A stretch of DNA of 64,000 nt from assembly GCA_949948745.1 (NCBI GenBank), contig CATLHA010000005.1:12740-76739 (forward strand), in the 5' to 3' direction. Below the pieces are notes generated by a model that saw nothing but the letters and a program-made list of their open reading frames with translations, was not told where the DNA came from and made no database searches. The translations under genes were made by a program, and so were the position numbers. The stretch's first letter is position 1; each line of letters begins with the position of its first letter. Source of the stretch: an uncultured Bacillales bacterium (GTDB lineage Bacteria > Bacillota_I > Bacilli_A > RF39 > UBA660). Positions 19,603 to 32,009 of the stretch are shown here, in pieces.

Positions 19603-22600
19603 GTGGCATATAAAATAATTAATTGTGGTGACCACCGTAAAAGAAGAAGTTTTTCTAGAATTAAGAACACTTATGAACTAAAAGATTTATTGGAAATCCA
19701 AACAAAATCTTATCAATGGTTCACGACTACTGGTATTAAAGAGGTATTTGACGATTTATTCCCCGTAGAAAATTTTGCAGGTACTTTGTCTTTGGAATTT
19801 GGAGATTATCATTTTGATGAACCTAGATTCTCTATAAAAGAATGTAAAGACAGAGAAACTACCTATTCTGCACCTTTAAAAGTAGATGTCAGACTATTTA
19901 ATCATGAAACAGGAGAAGTAAAAGAACAAGAAATTTTCTTGGGAGACATGCCTATCATGACTGATAGTGGTACATTTGTTATCAACGGTGCTGAACGTGT
20001 TATTATTTCACAGTTGGTACGTTCTCCAAGTGTGTATTTTAACCTTGAAATCGATAAAAATGGGCGTCAACTTATCACTTCTCAAATTATTCCAACTCGT
20101 GGTACTTGGTTAGAATTTGAGGCAGATGCAAGAGATGTTCTATATGTAAGAATTGATAGAACTCGTAAAGTAACACTTACTACATTGTTACGTGCTTTTG
20201 GTTTGTCTAGTGATGACGATATCCGTGCATTATTCGGAAAAAATGAATATCTTGAAAATACAATTCTTAAAGATTCTACTAAGAATACAGATGAAGCTTT
20301 AATTGAAATTTATGAGAAATTAAGACCAGGAGAACCAGCTACACTTGATTCTTCTAAGAACCAAATTATTACTAGATTTTTCGATGAATTTAGATATGAC
20401 TTAGCTCGTGTTGGTCGTTATAAATTTAATCGTAAATTAAATGTATTAGATCGTTTATTAAATCAAACATTGGCTGAGGACATTAAAGTAGATGGTGAAG
20501 TTGTAGTAGCTAAGGATACTCTTGTAACAAAAGATGTCTTAGAAACTTTAAGACCAGTCTTAGCGAATGGGTTTGGATTAAAGGATGCAAAAATTAATGA
20601 TGAACTTGATGTATATAAGAGAATTCAAGAAATTAAGATTTATAATCCAAATAAAAAATCAGAAAAGATTACACTTATTGGTAATGATCAAACTGTGGAA
20701 GTTAAGAGACTTACTATACCAGATGTATATGCTGCAGTTAGCTATTACTTATGTTTATTAAGTGGATTTGGTAATTATGATGAAATTGACCATTTAGGAA
20801 ATCGTCGTATTCGTCAAGTAGGAGAATTATTACAAAATCAATTCCGTATTGGTGTATCACGTATGGAACGTGTAATTCGTGAAAGAATGACTACCCAAGA
20901 AATGGATGAAGTAACTCCTAAAACATTAATTAATATTAGACCAGTAACAGCTGCGATGAAAGAGTTCTTTGGTTCAAGTCAATTATCACAATTTATGGAC
21001 CAAATTAACCCAATTTCAGAGCTTACAAATAAACGTCGTTTATCTGCATTAGGACCAGGAGGGCTTTCTCGTGATCGTGCAGGTATGGAAGTTCGTGACG
21101 TTAACCCTTCACACTATGGACGTATTTGTCCAATTGAGTCTCCTGAAGGACAAAATATCGGACTTATTACATCTCTTGCAAGTTATGCAAAAGTAGATGA
21201 GTATGGATTTATTATGACTCCATATCGTAAAGTTGAAAATTGTAAGATTACAGAACAAGTAGACTACTTAACAGCAGATGAAGAAAATGATGTTATTATT
21301 TCTCAAGCTACTGTTACAACAGACGATAACAATGTAATGATTGATGAACAAGTAGCTGCTCGTTTCCGTGGTGAAAATATTTTAGTTAAACCTGAACAAG
21401 TTGATTATATCGATGTATCTCCACAACAAGTTGTTGCAGTTACAACAAGTTGTATTCCGTTCCTAGAACACGATGATGCAACTCGTGCATTGATGGGTGC
21501 TAACATGCAACGTCAATCAGTACCATTATTAAAAGCAGAAGCTCCACTTGTTGGAACTGGTGTTGAATATATTGCTGCTAGAGATTCAGGAGCTGCAATT
21601 GTTGCAAAAGCTGATGGTATTGTTGAATACGTAGATGCAAAACACATTGTTGTTAAAAATAAAACAGGAAAAGATACATATTACCTAGCAAACTTCGAAG
21701 AAAGTAACCAGGATTCATGCTATCATCATAGACCATGTGTTCAGGTCGGTGATAAAGTTGAACGTGGACATGTTATCGCAGATGGTCCAAGTATGGATAA
21801 GGGAGAACTTGCTTTAGGTAAGAACGTAGTAGTTGCATTCATGACATTTAATGGATATAACTATGAAGATGCTGTTATCTTAAATGAAAAATTAGTAAAA
21901 GATGATGTTTATACATCAATTCATATAGAAGATTATCAAATGCAATGTCGTGAAACTAAATTAGGACCAGAAGAAATTACTCGTGATATTCCGAATGTTA
22001 GTGATGAAGCTCGTAAGAACTTAGATGAAAACGGTATTGTAATTATCGGTACTGAGGTTAAAGAAGGAGATATCTTAGTTGGTAAAGTTACACCAAAAGG
22101 TATGGCTGAACTTACTTCAGAAGAAAAACTATTACATGCAATCTTTGGAGAAAAAACTCGTGAGGTTCGTGATACATCACTTCGTGTTCCACACGGTGGA
22201 GAAGGTATCGTTCATGATGTTAAAATTTACTCTAGAAAAGATAATGATGAATTACCAGCTGGTGTTAGCAAAGTAATTCGTGTATATATTGCGCAAAAAC
22301 GTAAGATTCAAATCGGTGACAAAATGTCAGGACGTCACGGAAATAAAGGTGTTATTTCCTTAATATTACCAGAAGAAGATATGCCATATTTAGCAGATGG
22401 TCGCCCAGTTGATATTATGTTAAATCCACAAGGTGTTCCATCTCGTATGAACATCGGACAGGTACTTGAGCTTCACTTAGGTATGGCCGCTAAAAGTCTA
22501 AATGTTCATATTGCTACTCCAGTATTTGATGGTGCTAGTGAACAAGATATTGCAGATATGATGGCAGAAGCTGGAATGGATCCAGATGGAAAGACTGTTT

Positions 22601-23208
22601 TATATGATGGTCGTACAGGTGATCCATTTGATAATCGTATCGCAGTTGGTGTTATGTATATGATTAAACTACACCACATGGTAGATGATAAGTTACATGC
22701 ACGTAGTACAGGACCTTACTCATTAGTTACACAACAGCCTCTTGGTGGTAAAGCACAATTTGGTGGACAAAGATTTGGAGAAATGGAAGTTTGGGCACTA
22801 GAGGCTTATGGTGCTGCACATACACTTCAAGAAATTATTACTTATAAATCAGATGACGTTTTAGGACGTGTTAAAGTATATGAATCTATTGTTAAGGGAG
22901 AAGAAATCAATCAAGCTGGAGTTCCAGAAAGCTTTAGAGTATTGATGAAAGAATTCCAAGCATTAGGATTAGATATTAGCATTATCGATGATGAGGGACG
23001 TGAACTTGGCTTAAAAGAAATTGAAGAAGATGAAGCAAGAGATGAGTTCGGTAATGAAGATGAATCGATAGCTAGACAATTACCACCTGTTGAAAATCAA
23101 CCAGAAGAATATGTAGAAGATGATGAATTCGATCTAGAGGAAGATGAAGACGAATTCGACGAAGAAGATATTGAATTCGATGAAAACTTTATGGAAGGAG
23201 ATGAATAA
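19603..23208 (+). CDS. rpoB: DNA-directed RNA polymerase subunit beta
   Basis: Unmistakable RpoB over about 1200 aa; start set to GTG 19603 (9 nt after agggg), which gives [20 protein letters not shown] like other RpoB N-termini; the ORF track extends it to ATG 19567; unusually acidic C-terminal tail. Confidence 0.95.
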   Translation: MAYKIINCGDHRKRRSFSRIKNTYELKDLLEIQTKSYQWFTTTGIKEVFDDLFPVENFAGTLSLEFGDYHFDEPRFSIKECKDRETTYSAPLKVDVRLFNHETGEVKEQEIFLGDMPIMTDSGTFVINGAERVIISQLVRSPSVYFNLEIDKNGRQLITSQIIPTRGTWLEFEADARDVLYVRIDRTRKVTLTTLLRAFGLSSDDDIRALFGKNEYLENTILKDSTKNTDEALIEIYEKLRPGEPATLDSSKNQIITRFFDEFRYDLARVGRYKFNRKLNVLDRLLNQTLAEDIKVDGEVVVAKDTLVTKDVLETLRPVLANGFGLKDAKINDELDVYKRIQEIKIYNPNKKSEKITLIGNDQTVEVKRLTIPDVYAAVSYYLCLLSGFGNYDEIDHLGNRRIRQVGELLQNQFRIGVSRMERVIRERMTTQEMDEVTPKTLINIRPVTAAMKEFFGSSQLSQFMDQINPISELTNKRRLSALGPGGLSRDRAGMEVRDVNPSHYGRICPIESPEGQNIGLITSLASYAKVDEYGFIMTPYRKVENCKITEQVDYLTADEENDVIISQATVTTDDNNVMIDEQVAARFRGENILVKPEQVDYIDVSPQQVVAVTTSCIPFLEHDDATRALMGANMQRQSVPLLKAEAPLVGTGVEYIAARDSGAAIVAKADGIVEYVDAKHIVVKNKTGKDTYYLANFEESNQDSCYHHRPCVQVGDKVERGHVIADGPSMDKGELALGKNVVVAFMTFNGYNYEDAVILNEKLVKDDVYTSIHIEDYQMQCRETKLGPEEITRDIPNVSDEARKNLDENGIVIIGTEVKEGDILVGKVTPKGMAELTSEEKLLHAIFGEKTREVRDTSLRVPHGGEGIVHDVKIYSRKDNDELPAGVSKVIRVYIAQKRKIQIGDKMSGRHGNKGVISLILPEEDMPYLADGRPVDIMLNPQGVPSRMNIGQVLELHLGMAAKSLNVHIATPVFDGASEQDIADMMAEAGMDPDGKTVLYDGRTGDPFDNRIAVGVMYMIKLHHMVDDKLHARSTGPYSLVTQQPLGGKAQFGGQRFGEMEVWALEAYGAAHTLQEIITYKSDDVLGRVKVYESIVKGEEINQAGVPESFRVLMKEFQALGLDISIIDDEGRELGLKEIEEDEARDEFGNEDESIARQLPPVENQPEEYVEDDEFDLEEDEDEFDEEDIEFDENFMEGDE

Positions 23209-23210
23209 GA

Positions 23211-26200
23211 ATGATCGCAGTTGATAAATTTGAAGCCTTAAAAATAGGAATTGCATCTCCTGAGAAAATTCGTGAATGGAGTTATGGTGAAGTTAAAAAA
23301 CCAGAAACTATCAACTATCGTACACTTCGTCCTGAACGTGACGGATTGTTCTGTGAAAAGATTTTCGGACCAACAAAAGATTTCGAATGTGCTTGTGGAA
23401 AGTACAAGAGAGTTCGTTATAAAAATATCGTTTGTGATAGATGTGGTGTAGAAGTAACTCGTAGTAAAGTACGTCGTGAACGTATGGGACATATTGAGCT
23501 TGCTTCTCCTGTATCTCATATTTGGTTCTTTAAAGGTGTTCCATCTCGTATGGGATTAGTTCTAGATATGAGTCCAAGGGACTTAGAAGAAGTATTATAC
23601 TTTGTTAGTTATGTAGTTATTGATAAAGGAAATACTCCACTTGAAAATAAACAAACATTATCAGAAAAAGAATATCGTGCTTACTATGAAAAATATGGAA
23701 ATACTTTCAAAGTTGGTATGGGTGCTGAAGCTATTAAAGAGTTATTAAAGAGAGTAGACCTTGGAAAAGAAATCGAAGAAATTTCCAAAGAATTAGAAAA
23801 TGCTCAAGGACAAAAGAGAACTCGTTTAGTTAAGAGACTTGATGTTTTAGATGCATTCTATAAATCAGGTAATAAGCCAGAATGGATGATTATGGATTGT
23901 ATTCCAGTTATCCCTCCTGAACTTCGTCCAATGATTCAATTAGATGGAGGAAGATTCGCAACTAGTGATTTAAATGATTTATATCGTCGTGTTATTAACC
24001 GTAATAATCGTTTAAAGAAACTAATTGATTTGGGAGCTCCTGGTATCATTATTCAAAACGAAAAACGTATGCTTCAAGAAGCAGTTGATGCTTTATTTGA
24101 TAACGGTAGACGTGGAAGAAGTGTTACTGGTGCAGGAAACCGTCCATTAAAATCATTATCAAGTATGTTAAAGGGTAAACAAGGACGTTTCCGTCAAAAC
24201 TTATTAGGAAAACGTGTTGACTACTCTGGACGTAGTGTTATCGTTGTAGGACCATCTCTTAAGATGTATCAATGTGGTATTCCAAAAGAAATGGCACTAG
24301 AACTATTCAAGCCACATGTAATTCATGGATTAGTAGAAAAAGATATTGCTCATAATATCAAAGCTGCTAAGCGTTTAATTGAAAATCAAGATCCAGTTGT
24401 ATGGGATATTGTTGAAGAAGTAATTAAAGAACATCCAGTATTACTTAACCGTGCTCCTACGCTACATAGACTTGGAATTCAAGCATTTGAACCAATCTTA
24501 ACTGGTGGTAAAGCAATTCGTCTACACCCATTAGTATGTACTGCATTTAATGCGGACTTCGATGGTGACCAGATGGCTGTTCACGTACCACTTTCTGAAG
24601 AAGCAAAAGCAGAAGCTAGATTATTAATGCTTGGTGCTAATAACATTCTACATCCAAAATCAGGTGACCCAATCGTTACTCCATCACAAGATATGGTTTT
24701 AGGTAACTACTATATTACAATGGAAAAAGCTGGAGAACCAGGAGAAGGACGTATCTTCAAAAATACAAATGAAGCTTTAATGGCTTATGAGAGACGTGAA
24801 GTTACATTACATTCAAGAATTGCTATTCCAGTGGATTCATTTAAATATAAATTATTTACTGAAGAACAACATGGTAAGTTCTTAGTAACTACTGTAGGAA
24901 AGATTAAGTTCAATGAAATCTTACCAGATTCATTCCCATTCATTAATGAACCTACAGATGAAAATATTCAACAAATTACTCCAAATAAATACTTTATTGA
25001 AAAAGGAGTTAATATTCCAGAAGAAATTAAAGCACGCCCAGTAGTAAAACCTTTTGCTAAAGGTGTATTAGAAAAAGTAATTGCTCAAATCTTTAAACGT
25101 TATAAAACTACTGAAACTTCTATTATGCTTGATAAATTAAAAGATTTAGGTTTCAAGTATTCTACAATTGCTGGTATTACAGTATCTGCATATGATGTTG
25201 TAAGTAGTGAAAAGAAACCAGAAATTGTAGCAGAAGCTAAGAAAATGGTTGATAAGATTAATAAACAATATAAACGTGGTTTAATTACTGATCAAGAAAG
25301 ATATGAAAAAGTAATTGAAACTTGGGAAAATGCAAAAGCTCAAGTAACTGCAGAGTTACAAGAGAAAGCAGATGCAGATATTAATAATCCAATTTTCATG
25401 ATGATGCATTCTAAAGCACGTGGTAATATCTCCAACTTTACTCAGGTTGCAGGTATGCGTGGTTTAATGGCAAAACCAAATGGAGAAAGTGTTGAAATCC
25501 CAGTACTTTCATCCTTCAAAGAAGGTCTTAGTGTATCTGAATTCTTCTTATCTACTCACGGGGCTCGTAAAGGTAGTGCCGATACAGCGTTAAAGACAGC
25601 TGACTCAGGATACTTAACTCGTCGTTTAGTAGATGTCAGTCAAGATATTATCGTTAAAGAAGAAGATTGTGGTACTGATCAAGGTGTTACAGTTCGTGCT
25701 TTCATTAATGATAAGACAGGATCAGTTATTGAAAGTTTATATGACCGTATTGTTGGTCGTTATACAAATAAAAAAGTTCTTCATCCAGAAACAAAGGAAG
25801 TTATTTGTGATAGATTAACATTTGTTACTGAACAAATTGCTGAAAAGATTGTAAAAGCTGGTGTTGAAGAAGTTGAAATTCGTACAATTCTAACTTGTGG
25901 ATGTGCAAATGGCGTATGTCAAAAATGTTATGGACGTAATCTTGCAACAGGTAACTTAGTAGAAGTTGGTGAAGCTATCGGTGTTATGGCTGCTCAATCT
26001 ATTGGTGAACCTGGTACTCAGTTAACAATGAGAACATTCCATACAGGTGGAGTTGCTGGTGGAGAAGATATTACACAAGGTCTTCCTCGTATTCAAGAAT
26101 TATTTGAAGCTCGTAATCCAAAAGGTAAAGCAACAATTGCTGAAATTGATGGTACAGTTACAAAAATTGATGAAGATCATGGTAAATTTAGAATCTTTAT

Positions 26201-26840
26201 TAAAAATGATGTTGAAACCAAAGAACATGTTACAAATTATGGTTCAAAACTTCGTGTTGACAAGGGTACAAAGGTATCTGCTGGTGAGAAGTTAACAGAA
26301 GGAGCAATTAGTCCAAAAGAATTACTTGCTGTTACTGACCCACTTACCACACAAGAATATATCTTAAAAGAAGTACAACACGTATATCGTAGTCAAGGTG
26401 TAGATATTTCTGATAAGCACGTTGAAATTATCGCTAGTCGTATGATTAGTAAGATGAGAGTTGTTGAAGGTGGAGGAACAAAATTACTTCCAGGATTACT
26501 TGTAAGTATGCGTGAATTTACTGATGCAAATAAAGAAGCAATTATTCAAGGTAAGAAACCTGCTTCTGCTAGACCAGTATTACTTGGTATTACAAAAGCA
26601 TCTCTTGAAACTGATTCATTCTTATCAGCTGCATCCTTCCAGGAAACTACTCGTATCTTAACAGATGCTGCTATCCGTGGAAAAGCAGATCATTTACAAG
26701 GATTAAAAGAAAATGTTATCATTGGTAAATTAATTCCTGCAGGTACAGGTGCTAAGAGATATAAAAATGTTGATTTTGATTTAGCTAGTCAATTTATTGA
26801 TGAAGAACCATTAGAAACATTAGAAGATGAATTTATGTAA
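23211..26840 (+). CDS. rpoC: DNA-directed RNA polymerase subunit beta'
   Basis: 1209 aa; Zn-binding CxxC...CxxC, NADFDGD catalytic motif, trigger loop and bridge helix. Confidence 0.97.
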   Translation: MIAVDKFEALKIGIASPEKIREWSYGEVKKPETINYRTLRPERDGLFCEKIFGPTKDFECACGKYKRVRYKNIVCDRCGVEVTRSKVRRERMGHIELASPVSHIWFFKGVPSRMGLVLDMSPRDLEEVLYFVSYVVIDKGNTPLENKQTLSEKEYRAYYEKYGNTFKVGMGAEAIKELLKRVDLGKEIEEISKELENAQGQKRTRLVKRLDVLDAFYKSGNKPEWMIMDCIPVIPPELRPMIQLDGGRFATSDLNDLYRRVINRNNRLKKLIDLGAPGIIIQNEKRMLQEAVDALFDNGRRGRSVTGAGNRPLKSLSSMLKGKQGRFRQNLLGKRVDYSGRSVIVVGPSLKMYQCGIPKEMALELFKPHVIHGLVEKDIAHNIKAAKRLIENQDPVVWDIVEEVIKEHPVLLNRAPTLHRLGIQAFEPILTGGKAIRLHPLVCTAFNADFDGDQMAVHVPLSEEAKAEARLLMLGANNILHPKSGDPIVTPSQDMVLGNYYITMEKAGEPGEGRIFKNTNEALMAYERREVTLHSRIAIPVDSFKYKLFTEEQHGKFLVTTVGKIKFNEILPDSFPFINEPTDENIQQITPNKYFIEKGVNIPEEIKARPVVKPFAKGVLEKVIAQIFKRYKTTETSIMLDKLKDLGFKYSTIAGITVSAYDVVSSEKKPEIVAEAKKMVDKINKQYKRGLITDQERYEKVIETWENAKAQVTAELQEKADADINNPIFMMMHSKARGNISNFTQVAGMRGLMAKPNGESVEIPVLSSFKEGLSVSEFFLSTHGARKGSADTALKTADSGYLTRRLVDVSQDIIVKEEDCGTDQGVTVRAFINDKTGSVIESLYDRIVGRYTNKKVLHPETKEVICDRLTFVTEQIAEKIVKAGVEEVEIRTILTCGCANGVCQKCYGRNLATGNLVEVGEAIGVMAAQSIGEPGTQLTMRTFHTGGVAGGEDITQGLPRIQELFEARNPKGKATIAEIDGTVTKIDEDHGKFRIFIKNDVETKEHVTNYGSKLRVDKGTKVSAGEKLTEGAISPKELLAVTDPLTTQEYILKEVQHVYRSQGVDISDKHVEIIASRMISKMRVVEGGGTKLLPGLLVSMREFTDANKEAIIQGKKPASARPVLLGITKASLETDSFLSAASFQETTRILTDAAIRGKADHLQGLKENVIIGKLIPAGTGAKRYKNVDFDLASQFIDEEPLETLEDEFM

Positions 26841-26937
26841 AATGAGGGAAGAAATTCCTTCTTTTTTATTGCGATTTTTATAAATTATAGAATTTTTCCT
26901 ACTTTTATAATATAATATTGTTAGTTGAGGTGATTAC

Positions 26938-27397
26938 AATGTTAAAATTAAATGAAAGAGGATGGGGACTTTCTATTTTTATAGTTTTTATCGTTGTTTT
27001 TGTTATAGCTATTATTCTTGTATCTATTGGTGCTGAAAAAGCCGGAATAGGATCTGGTAATGGAATTACTAGTTTACCAACAGAAAATCCAGGTGGAAAG
27101 AATAATTATACTGATCAAGAGATTACATTAGCAAAAAATTATGAGGCTGTTGTACAAAATGCTGCCTCTAGATATTTTGAGGTTACTTATGCTAATCAAA
27201 ATCCGTCTAATAAGATTGTTGTTTCAGTTTCAACATTATTATCTAGTGGGTATTTAGACTCTTTTAGCGTAGCTGGAAATACTTGTAGTGGATATACAGT
27301 AGTATCAATAGATGGGGAAAATAGATTATATCAACCATATGTACATTGTGGTGATGTTTATACAACTACTGGATATGATTATTCTTTAGAATCATAG
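26938..27397 (+). CDS. hypothetical N-terminally anchored small protein
   Basis: About 153 aa from ATG 26938 (RBS gaggtga); transmembrane segment then a Thr/Ser/Tyr-rich domain; sits where Bacillus has ybxF. Confidence 0.45.
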
Positions 27398-27433
27398 TGT
27401 GATATTAAAGTCGAAAATGTCAATGAAATATAT

Positions 27434-27461
27434 TGACTTTTTAATAAGATAGTGTTATATT
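27434..27461 (+). promoter_or_regulatory. promoter of the rpsL-rpsG-fusA-tuf (str) operon
   Basis: TTGACT (27434-27439), 16-nt spacer, TATATT (27456-27461); preceded by a short terminator-like hairpin gtcaat/attgac + T5. Confidence 0.5.
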
Positions 27462-27559
27462 ATCAATGCTTAATGAAATTAGTTTTGCTTTTTTGCAAAA
27501 CTTAATTTAGAAGTAAAAATGATACACCTGGATATGTGTAAAGAAAGGAGAGATAAAAT

Positions 27560-27973
27560 ATGCCTACAATGCAACAAATAGTTAGAAAAGGAAGATCTAA
27601 TAAAGTAAGAAAAAGCAAATCACCAGTTTTAGGATTTGGAGTAAATACTATCCAAAAGAAAACTACAACTTTGGCTTCTCCTCAAAAACGTGGAGTTTGT
27701 ACTCGTGTAGGTACGAAGACACCAAAAAAACCAAACTCAGCACTTCGTAAATATGCACGTGTTCGTTTATCAAACGGAAAAGAAGTAGATACTTATATTC
27801 CTGGAGAAGGACACAACTTACAAGAGCATAGTGTTGTATTAGTTCGTGGTGGACGTGTTAAGGACTTAATCGGAGTTCGTTATCATATCGTTCGTGGTAC
27901 TTTAGATACAGCTGGTGTTAAAGATAGAAAACAAGCTCGTTCTAAATACGGAGCAAAAAGACCTAAAAAGTAA
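27560..27973 (+). CDS. rpsL: 30S ribosomal protein S12
   Basis: 137 aa; [11 protein letters not shown]12 signature. Confidence 0.97.
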   Translation: MPTMQQIVRKGRSNKVRKSKSPVLGFGVNTIQKKTTTLASPQKRGVCTRVGTKTPKKPNSALRKYARVRLSNGKEVDTYIPGEGHNLQEHSVVLVRGGRVKDLIGVRYHIVRGTLDTAGVKDRKQARSKYGAKRPKK

Positions 27974-28012
27974 AAAATAACAAATATAATCATTTGAAGG
28001 GAGGAAACAATC

Positions 28013-28480
28013 ATGCGTAAAAGACAAGCAGTTAAAAGAGATGTTTTAGCAGATCCACTTTATAACTCAAAAGTAGTTACAAAGTTAATCAATCGTATGA
28101 TGATTGGTGGTAAAAAAGGAAAAGCTCAAACAATTTTATATGAAGCTTTTGATATTATTAAAGAAAAAACAGGACAAGATCCTCTTGAAGTGTTTAATAA
28201 AGCATTAGAAAACATTAAACCATTGCTTGAAGTAAAATCTCGTCGTGTTGGTGGTTCTAACTACCAAGTACCAATCGAGGTTAGTGCTGAAAGAAGTCAA
28301 GCTTTAGGGCTTAGATGGTTAGTAAATTATGCAAGACTTAGAGGTGGAAAAGGTATGGCCGAAAATCTTGCTAATGAAATTATTGATGCATCAAATGGAA
28401 CAGGTGCAGCAGTTAAAAAACGTGAAGATACCCACAGAATGGCAGAAGCTAATAAAGCATTCGCTCATTATCGTTGGTAG
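28013..28480 (+). CDS. rpsG: 30S ribosomal protein S7
   Basis: 155 aa; S7 family. Confidence 0.97.
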   Translation: MRKRQAVKRDVLADPLYNSKVVTKLINRMMIGGKKGKAQTILYEAFDIIKEKTGQDPLEVFNKALENIKPLLEVKSRRVGGSNYQVPIEVSAERSQALGLRWLVNYARLRGGKGMAENLANEIIDASNGTGAAVKKREDTHRMAEANKAFAHYRW

Positions 28481-28494
28481 GAAAGGATTAATAT

Positions 28495-30564
28495 ATGGCT
28501 CGTGAAACGTCGCTAGATCATACTAGAAATTTTGGAATTATGGCACATATCGATGCAGGTAAAACTACTTGTACAGAGCGTGTATTATTCCATACAAAGA
28601 AAATCCATAAAATTGGTGAAACTCATGATGGAGCTAGCCAAATGGACTGGATGAAACAAGAACAAGAACGTGGTATCACAATTACATCTGCAGCTACTAC
28701 AGCTTATTGGAAAGGATACCGTATGAATATTATCGATACTCCAGGGCACGTAGACTTCACTGTTGAAGTTAGTCGTAGTTTAAGAGTATTAGATGGAGCA
28801 GTTGCTCTTCTAGATGCACAAGCTGGAGTTGAACCTCAAACTGAAACAGTATGGCGTCAAGCTACAGAATTTTCTGTACCTAGATTAATTTTTGCTAATA
28901 AGATGGATAAGATGGGAGCTAATTTTGAATATACATTAGGAACTATCGATTCTAGATTAGGAGTAAATGCAAAACCAATTGAATGGCCAATTGGTGCTGA
29001 ATCAGAATTCCATGGTGTTATTGACCTTGTTACTATGAAGGCTTATGAATATGATGGTAAACCTGAGGAAGATGCTAAGGAAATTGAAATTCCAGCTGAC
29101 TTAAAAGACATTGCTGAAGAAAAACGTAATGACTTAATTGAAGCAGTAGCTGAATATGATGATGACTTAATGAACACTTACCTAGAAGGTGGAGAAGTAA
29201 CAGTTGAAATGATTAAGAGAGCTATTCGTAAGGGTACTCTTGAAGTTAAATTCTTCCCAGTTATGTGTGGTACTGCACTTGGTAATATGGGTGTTAAGTT
29301 ACTTCTTGATGCTGTTATTGACTATTTACCAGCTCCTACTGATATCGCAAGTATCGAAGGAACTGACTTAGATGGTAATCCAGCTGTAAGACATGCAAAT
29401 GATAATGAACCGTTTAGTGCATTAGCATTTAAAGTTATGACAGATCCATTCGTTGGACGTTTAACATTCTTCAGAGTTTATTCTGGACACTTATCAAGTG
29501 GTTCTTATGTATTAAACTCTACAAAAGATGTAAAAGAAAGAGTTGGACGCTTATTATTAATGCATGCAAATAACAGAACTGAAATTACTGATGTATATAC
29601 TGGAGATATTGCTGCAATCGTTGGACTTAAGAATACAACAACTGGAGACACTTTATGTGACGAAAAGAAAGCTGTTATTCTTGAATCTATGGAATTCCCA
29701 GAACCAGTTATTGAAGTAGCTGTTGAACCAAAAACAAAAGCAGACCAAGAAAAAATGGGAATTGCTTTACAAAAACTTGCTGAAGAAGATCCAACATTTA
29801 GAGTTCATACAGATCAAGAAACAGGTCAAACTGTTATCGCTGGTATGGGTGAATTACACTTAGACGTTCTTGTTACAAGAATGAAAGATGAATTCCAAGT
29901 AGAAGCTAATATTGGTCAACCACAAGTTGCTTATCGTGAAACAATTCGCCAAGCTGCCGATTGTGAAGGTAAATATATTAAACAATCTGGTGGTCGTGGA
30001 CAATATGGACACGTTTGGATTAAATTTGAACCAAATCCTGATAAAGGATACGAATATGTTGACGCAATCGTTGGTGGTGTTGTTCCTCGTGAATACATTC
30101 CAGTTGTTGATAAAGGATTACAAGAAGCACTACAATCTGGTGTTCTTGCTGGATATCCTATGATTGATGTTAAGTGTACATTATTTGATGGTAGCTACCA
30201 TGATGTAGACTCTAACGAAATGGCTTTCAAAATTGCTGCAAGCTTTGCACTAAAAGAAGCTAAAAATAAATGTAAACCAGTTCTTTTAGAACCAATTATG
30301 AAAGTTGAAGTAACTACTCCAGATGAATATTTTGGAAATGTTATGGGAGACTTAACTTCTCGTCGTGGTAGACCACTAGGACAAGAATCTGTTGGTAACG
30401 CTGTTAGATTAGATGCAATGGTACCACTTTCTGAAATGTTTGGATATGCTACAAGCTTACGTTCAAATACACAAGGGCGTGGAAACTTCGTAATGGTATT
30501 CGATCATTATGACGAAGTACCTAAAAATATTGCTGAAGACATCGTTAAGAAGAGCGGAAATTAA
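28495..30564 (+). CDS. fusA: elongation factor G
   Basis: 689 aa; G1 AHIDAGKTT and all EF-G domains. Confidence 0.97.
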   Translation: MARETSLDHTRNFGIMAHIDAGKTTCTERVLFHTKKIHKIGETHDGASQMDWMKQEQERGITITSAATTAYWKGYRMNIIDTPGHVDFTVEVSRSLRVLDGAVALLDAQAGVEPQTETVWRQATEFSVPRLIFANKMDKMGANFEYTLGTIDSRLGVNAKPIEWPIGAESEFHGVIDLVTMKAYEYDGKPEEDAKEIEIPADLKDIAEEKRNDLIEAVAEYDDDLMNTYLEGGEVTVEMIKRAIRKGTLEVKFFPVMCGTALGNMGVKLLLDAVIDYLPAPTDIASIEGTDLDGNPAVRHANDNEPFSALAFKVMTDPFVGRLTFFRVYSGHLSSGSYVLNSTKDVKERVGRLLLMHANNRTEITDVYTGDIAAIVGLKNTTTGDTLCDEKKAVILESMEFPEPVIEVAVEPKTKADQEKMGIALQKLAEEDPTFRVHTDQETGQTVIAGMGELHLDVLVTRMKDEFQVEANIGQPQVAYRETIRQAADCEGKYIKQSGGRGQYGHVWIKFEPNPDKGYEYVDAIVGGVVPREYIPVVDKGLQEALQSGVLAGYPMIDVKCTLFDGSYHDVDSNEMAFKIAASFALKEAKNKCKPVLLEPIMKVEVTTPDEYFGNVMGDLTSRRGRPLGQESVGNAVRLDAMVPLSEMFGYATSLRSNTQGRGNFVMVFDHYDEVPKNIAEDIVKKSGN

Positions 30565-30700
30565 TATTAATAACAGGGGATAATGTCCCTTGTTGTTATA
30601 GATTTTTCAGAAGAGTACTGAAAAAGGTATCAAAACAGTTGAAAAAAATTCAATTGTTAGATAAAATATAATAGTATAAATTATTAAGGAGGAAATTAAA

Positions 30701-31891
30701 ATGGCAAAAGCAAAATTCGATCGTTCAAAACCACATGTTAACATTGGTACAATTGGACACGTTGACCATGGTAAAACTACTTTAACTGCAGCTATTACTA
30801 AATGTCAACATGATCATAACCCTGCTTGGGCTGACTTTACTGAATATGCAAATATCGATAAAGCACCTGAGGAGAGAGAAAGAGGAATTACAATCAATAC
30901 AGCTCACGTTGAGTATCAAACTGAAACACGTCATTATGCTCACGTAGACTGTCCAGGACATGCTGACTATGTAAAGAACATGATTACTGGTGCAGCTCAA
31001 ATGGATGGAGCAATCTTAGTTATTGCTGCTACTGATGGACCTATGGCACAAACTCGTGAACATATCTTACTTGCTCGTCAAGTTGGAGTACCTAAAATGG
31101 TAGTATTCATGAACAAATGTGATATGGTTGATGATGAAGAATTATTAGAATTAGTAGAAATGGAAATCCGTGACTTATTAACTGAATACGGATTTGATGG
31201 AGATAACACTCCAGTAGTTCGTGGATCTGCATTAAAAGCTCTTGAAGGAGATGCTAACTATGTAGCTAAAATCGACGAATTAATGGCAGCTGTTGACGAA
31301 TGGATTCCAACTCCAGCTCGTGATACTGAAAAACCATTCTTAATGAGTATTGAAGATGTATTCACAATCACTGGTCGTGGAACTGTTGTTACAGGACGTG
31401 TTGAACGTGGACAATTAAAACTTAACGATGAAGTTGAAATCGTTGGTATTAAAGACACTCAAAAGACTGTTGTTACAGGAATTGAAATGTTCCGTAAACA
31501 ATTAGACTTTGCTGAAGCAGGAGACAATGCTGGTGTATTATTACGTGGTATTTCTCGTGAACAAGTTGAACGTGGTCAAGTATTAGCAAAACCTGGATCA
31601 GTTACACCTCATACTAAGTTCGAAGCAGAAGTTTATGTACTTAGTAAAGAAGAAGGTGGACGTCATACTCCATTCTTTGCAAACTATCGTCCTCAATTCT
31701 ATTTCAGAACTACAGACGTAACTGGTGTTATCCAATTACCTGCTGGTGTTGAAATGGTTATGCCAGGAGATAACGTTACTATGACAGTTGAATTAATTCA
31801 CCCAATTGCTCTAGAACAAGGAACTAAGTTCTCTATCCGTGAAGGTGGACGTACTGTTGGTGCTGGTTCTGTAAGCAAAATTGATGCATAA
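30701..31891 (+). CDS. tuf: elongation factor Tu
   Basis: 396 aa; [22 protein letters not shown] motifs. Confidence 0.97.
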   Translation: MAKAKFDRSKPHVNIGTIGHVDHGKTTLTAAITKCQHDHNPAWADFTEYANIDKAPEERERGITINTAHVEYQTETRHYAHVDCPGHADYVKNMITGAAQMDGAILVIAATDGPMAQTREHILLARQVGVPKMVVFMNKCDMVDDEELLELVEMEIRDLLTEYGFDGDNTPVVRGSALKALEGDANYVAKIDELMAAVDEWIPTPARDTEKPFLMSIEDVFTITGRGTVVTGRVERGQLKLNDEVEIVGIKDTQKTVVTGIEMFRKQLDFAEAGDNAGVLLRGISREQVERGQVLAKPGSVTPHTKFEAEVYVLSKEEGGRHTPFFANYRPQFYFRTTDVTGVIQLPAGVEMVMPGDNVTMTVELIHPIALEQGTKFSIREGGRTVGAGSVSKIDA

Positions 31892-31914
31892 TTCAGTCAT
31901 TAAATAAGTATTAA

Positions 31915-31947
31915 AATCCTAAAGAAATTCTTTAGGATTTTTTTTGC
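31915..31947 (+). terminator. rho-independent terminator after tuf
   Basis: perfect 10-bp stem aatcctaaag / ctttaggatt, loop aaatt, then T7. Confidence 0.75.
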
Positions 31948-32009
31948 TTTTATTGTTTTTGTTCTTTATCTATGCTAGTATAGAAGGTGCATTATAGGAG
32001 ATGATTACT

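Noticed and set aside
22079-26295. Several 60-95-aa internal ORFs inside rpoB/rpoC (22079-22276, 23238-23519 -, 23251-23451, 25633-25818, 26047-26295)
   Set aside because: Embedded in essential genes in alternative frames. No RBS and no plausible product.
29912-31458. Internal/antisense ORFs in fusA and tuf (29912-30163, 30782-31000 -, 31258-31458 -)
   Set aside because: Overlap highly conserved genes. Frame artefacts.
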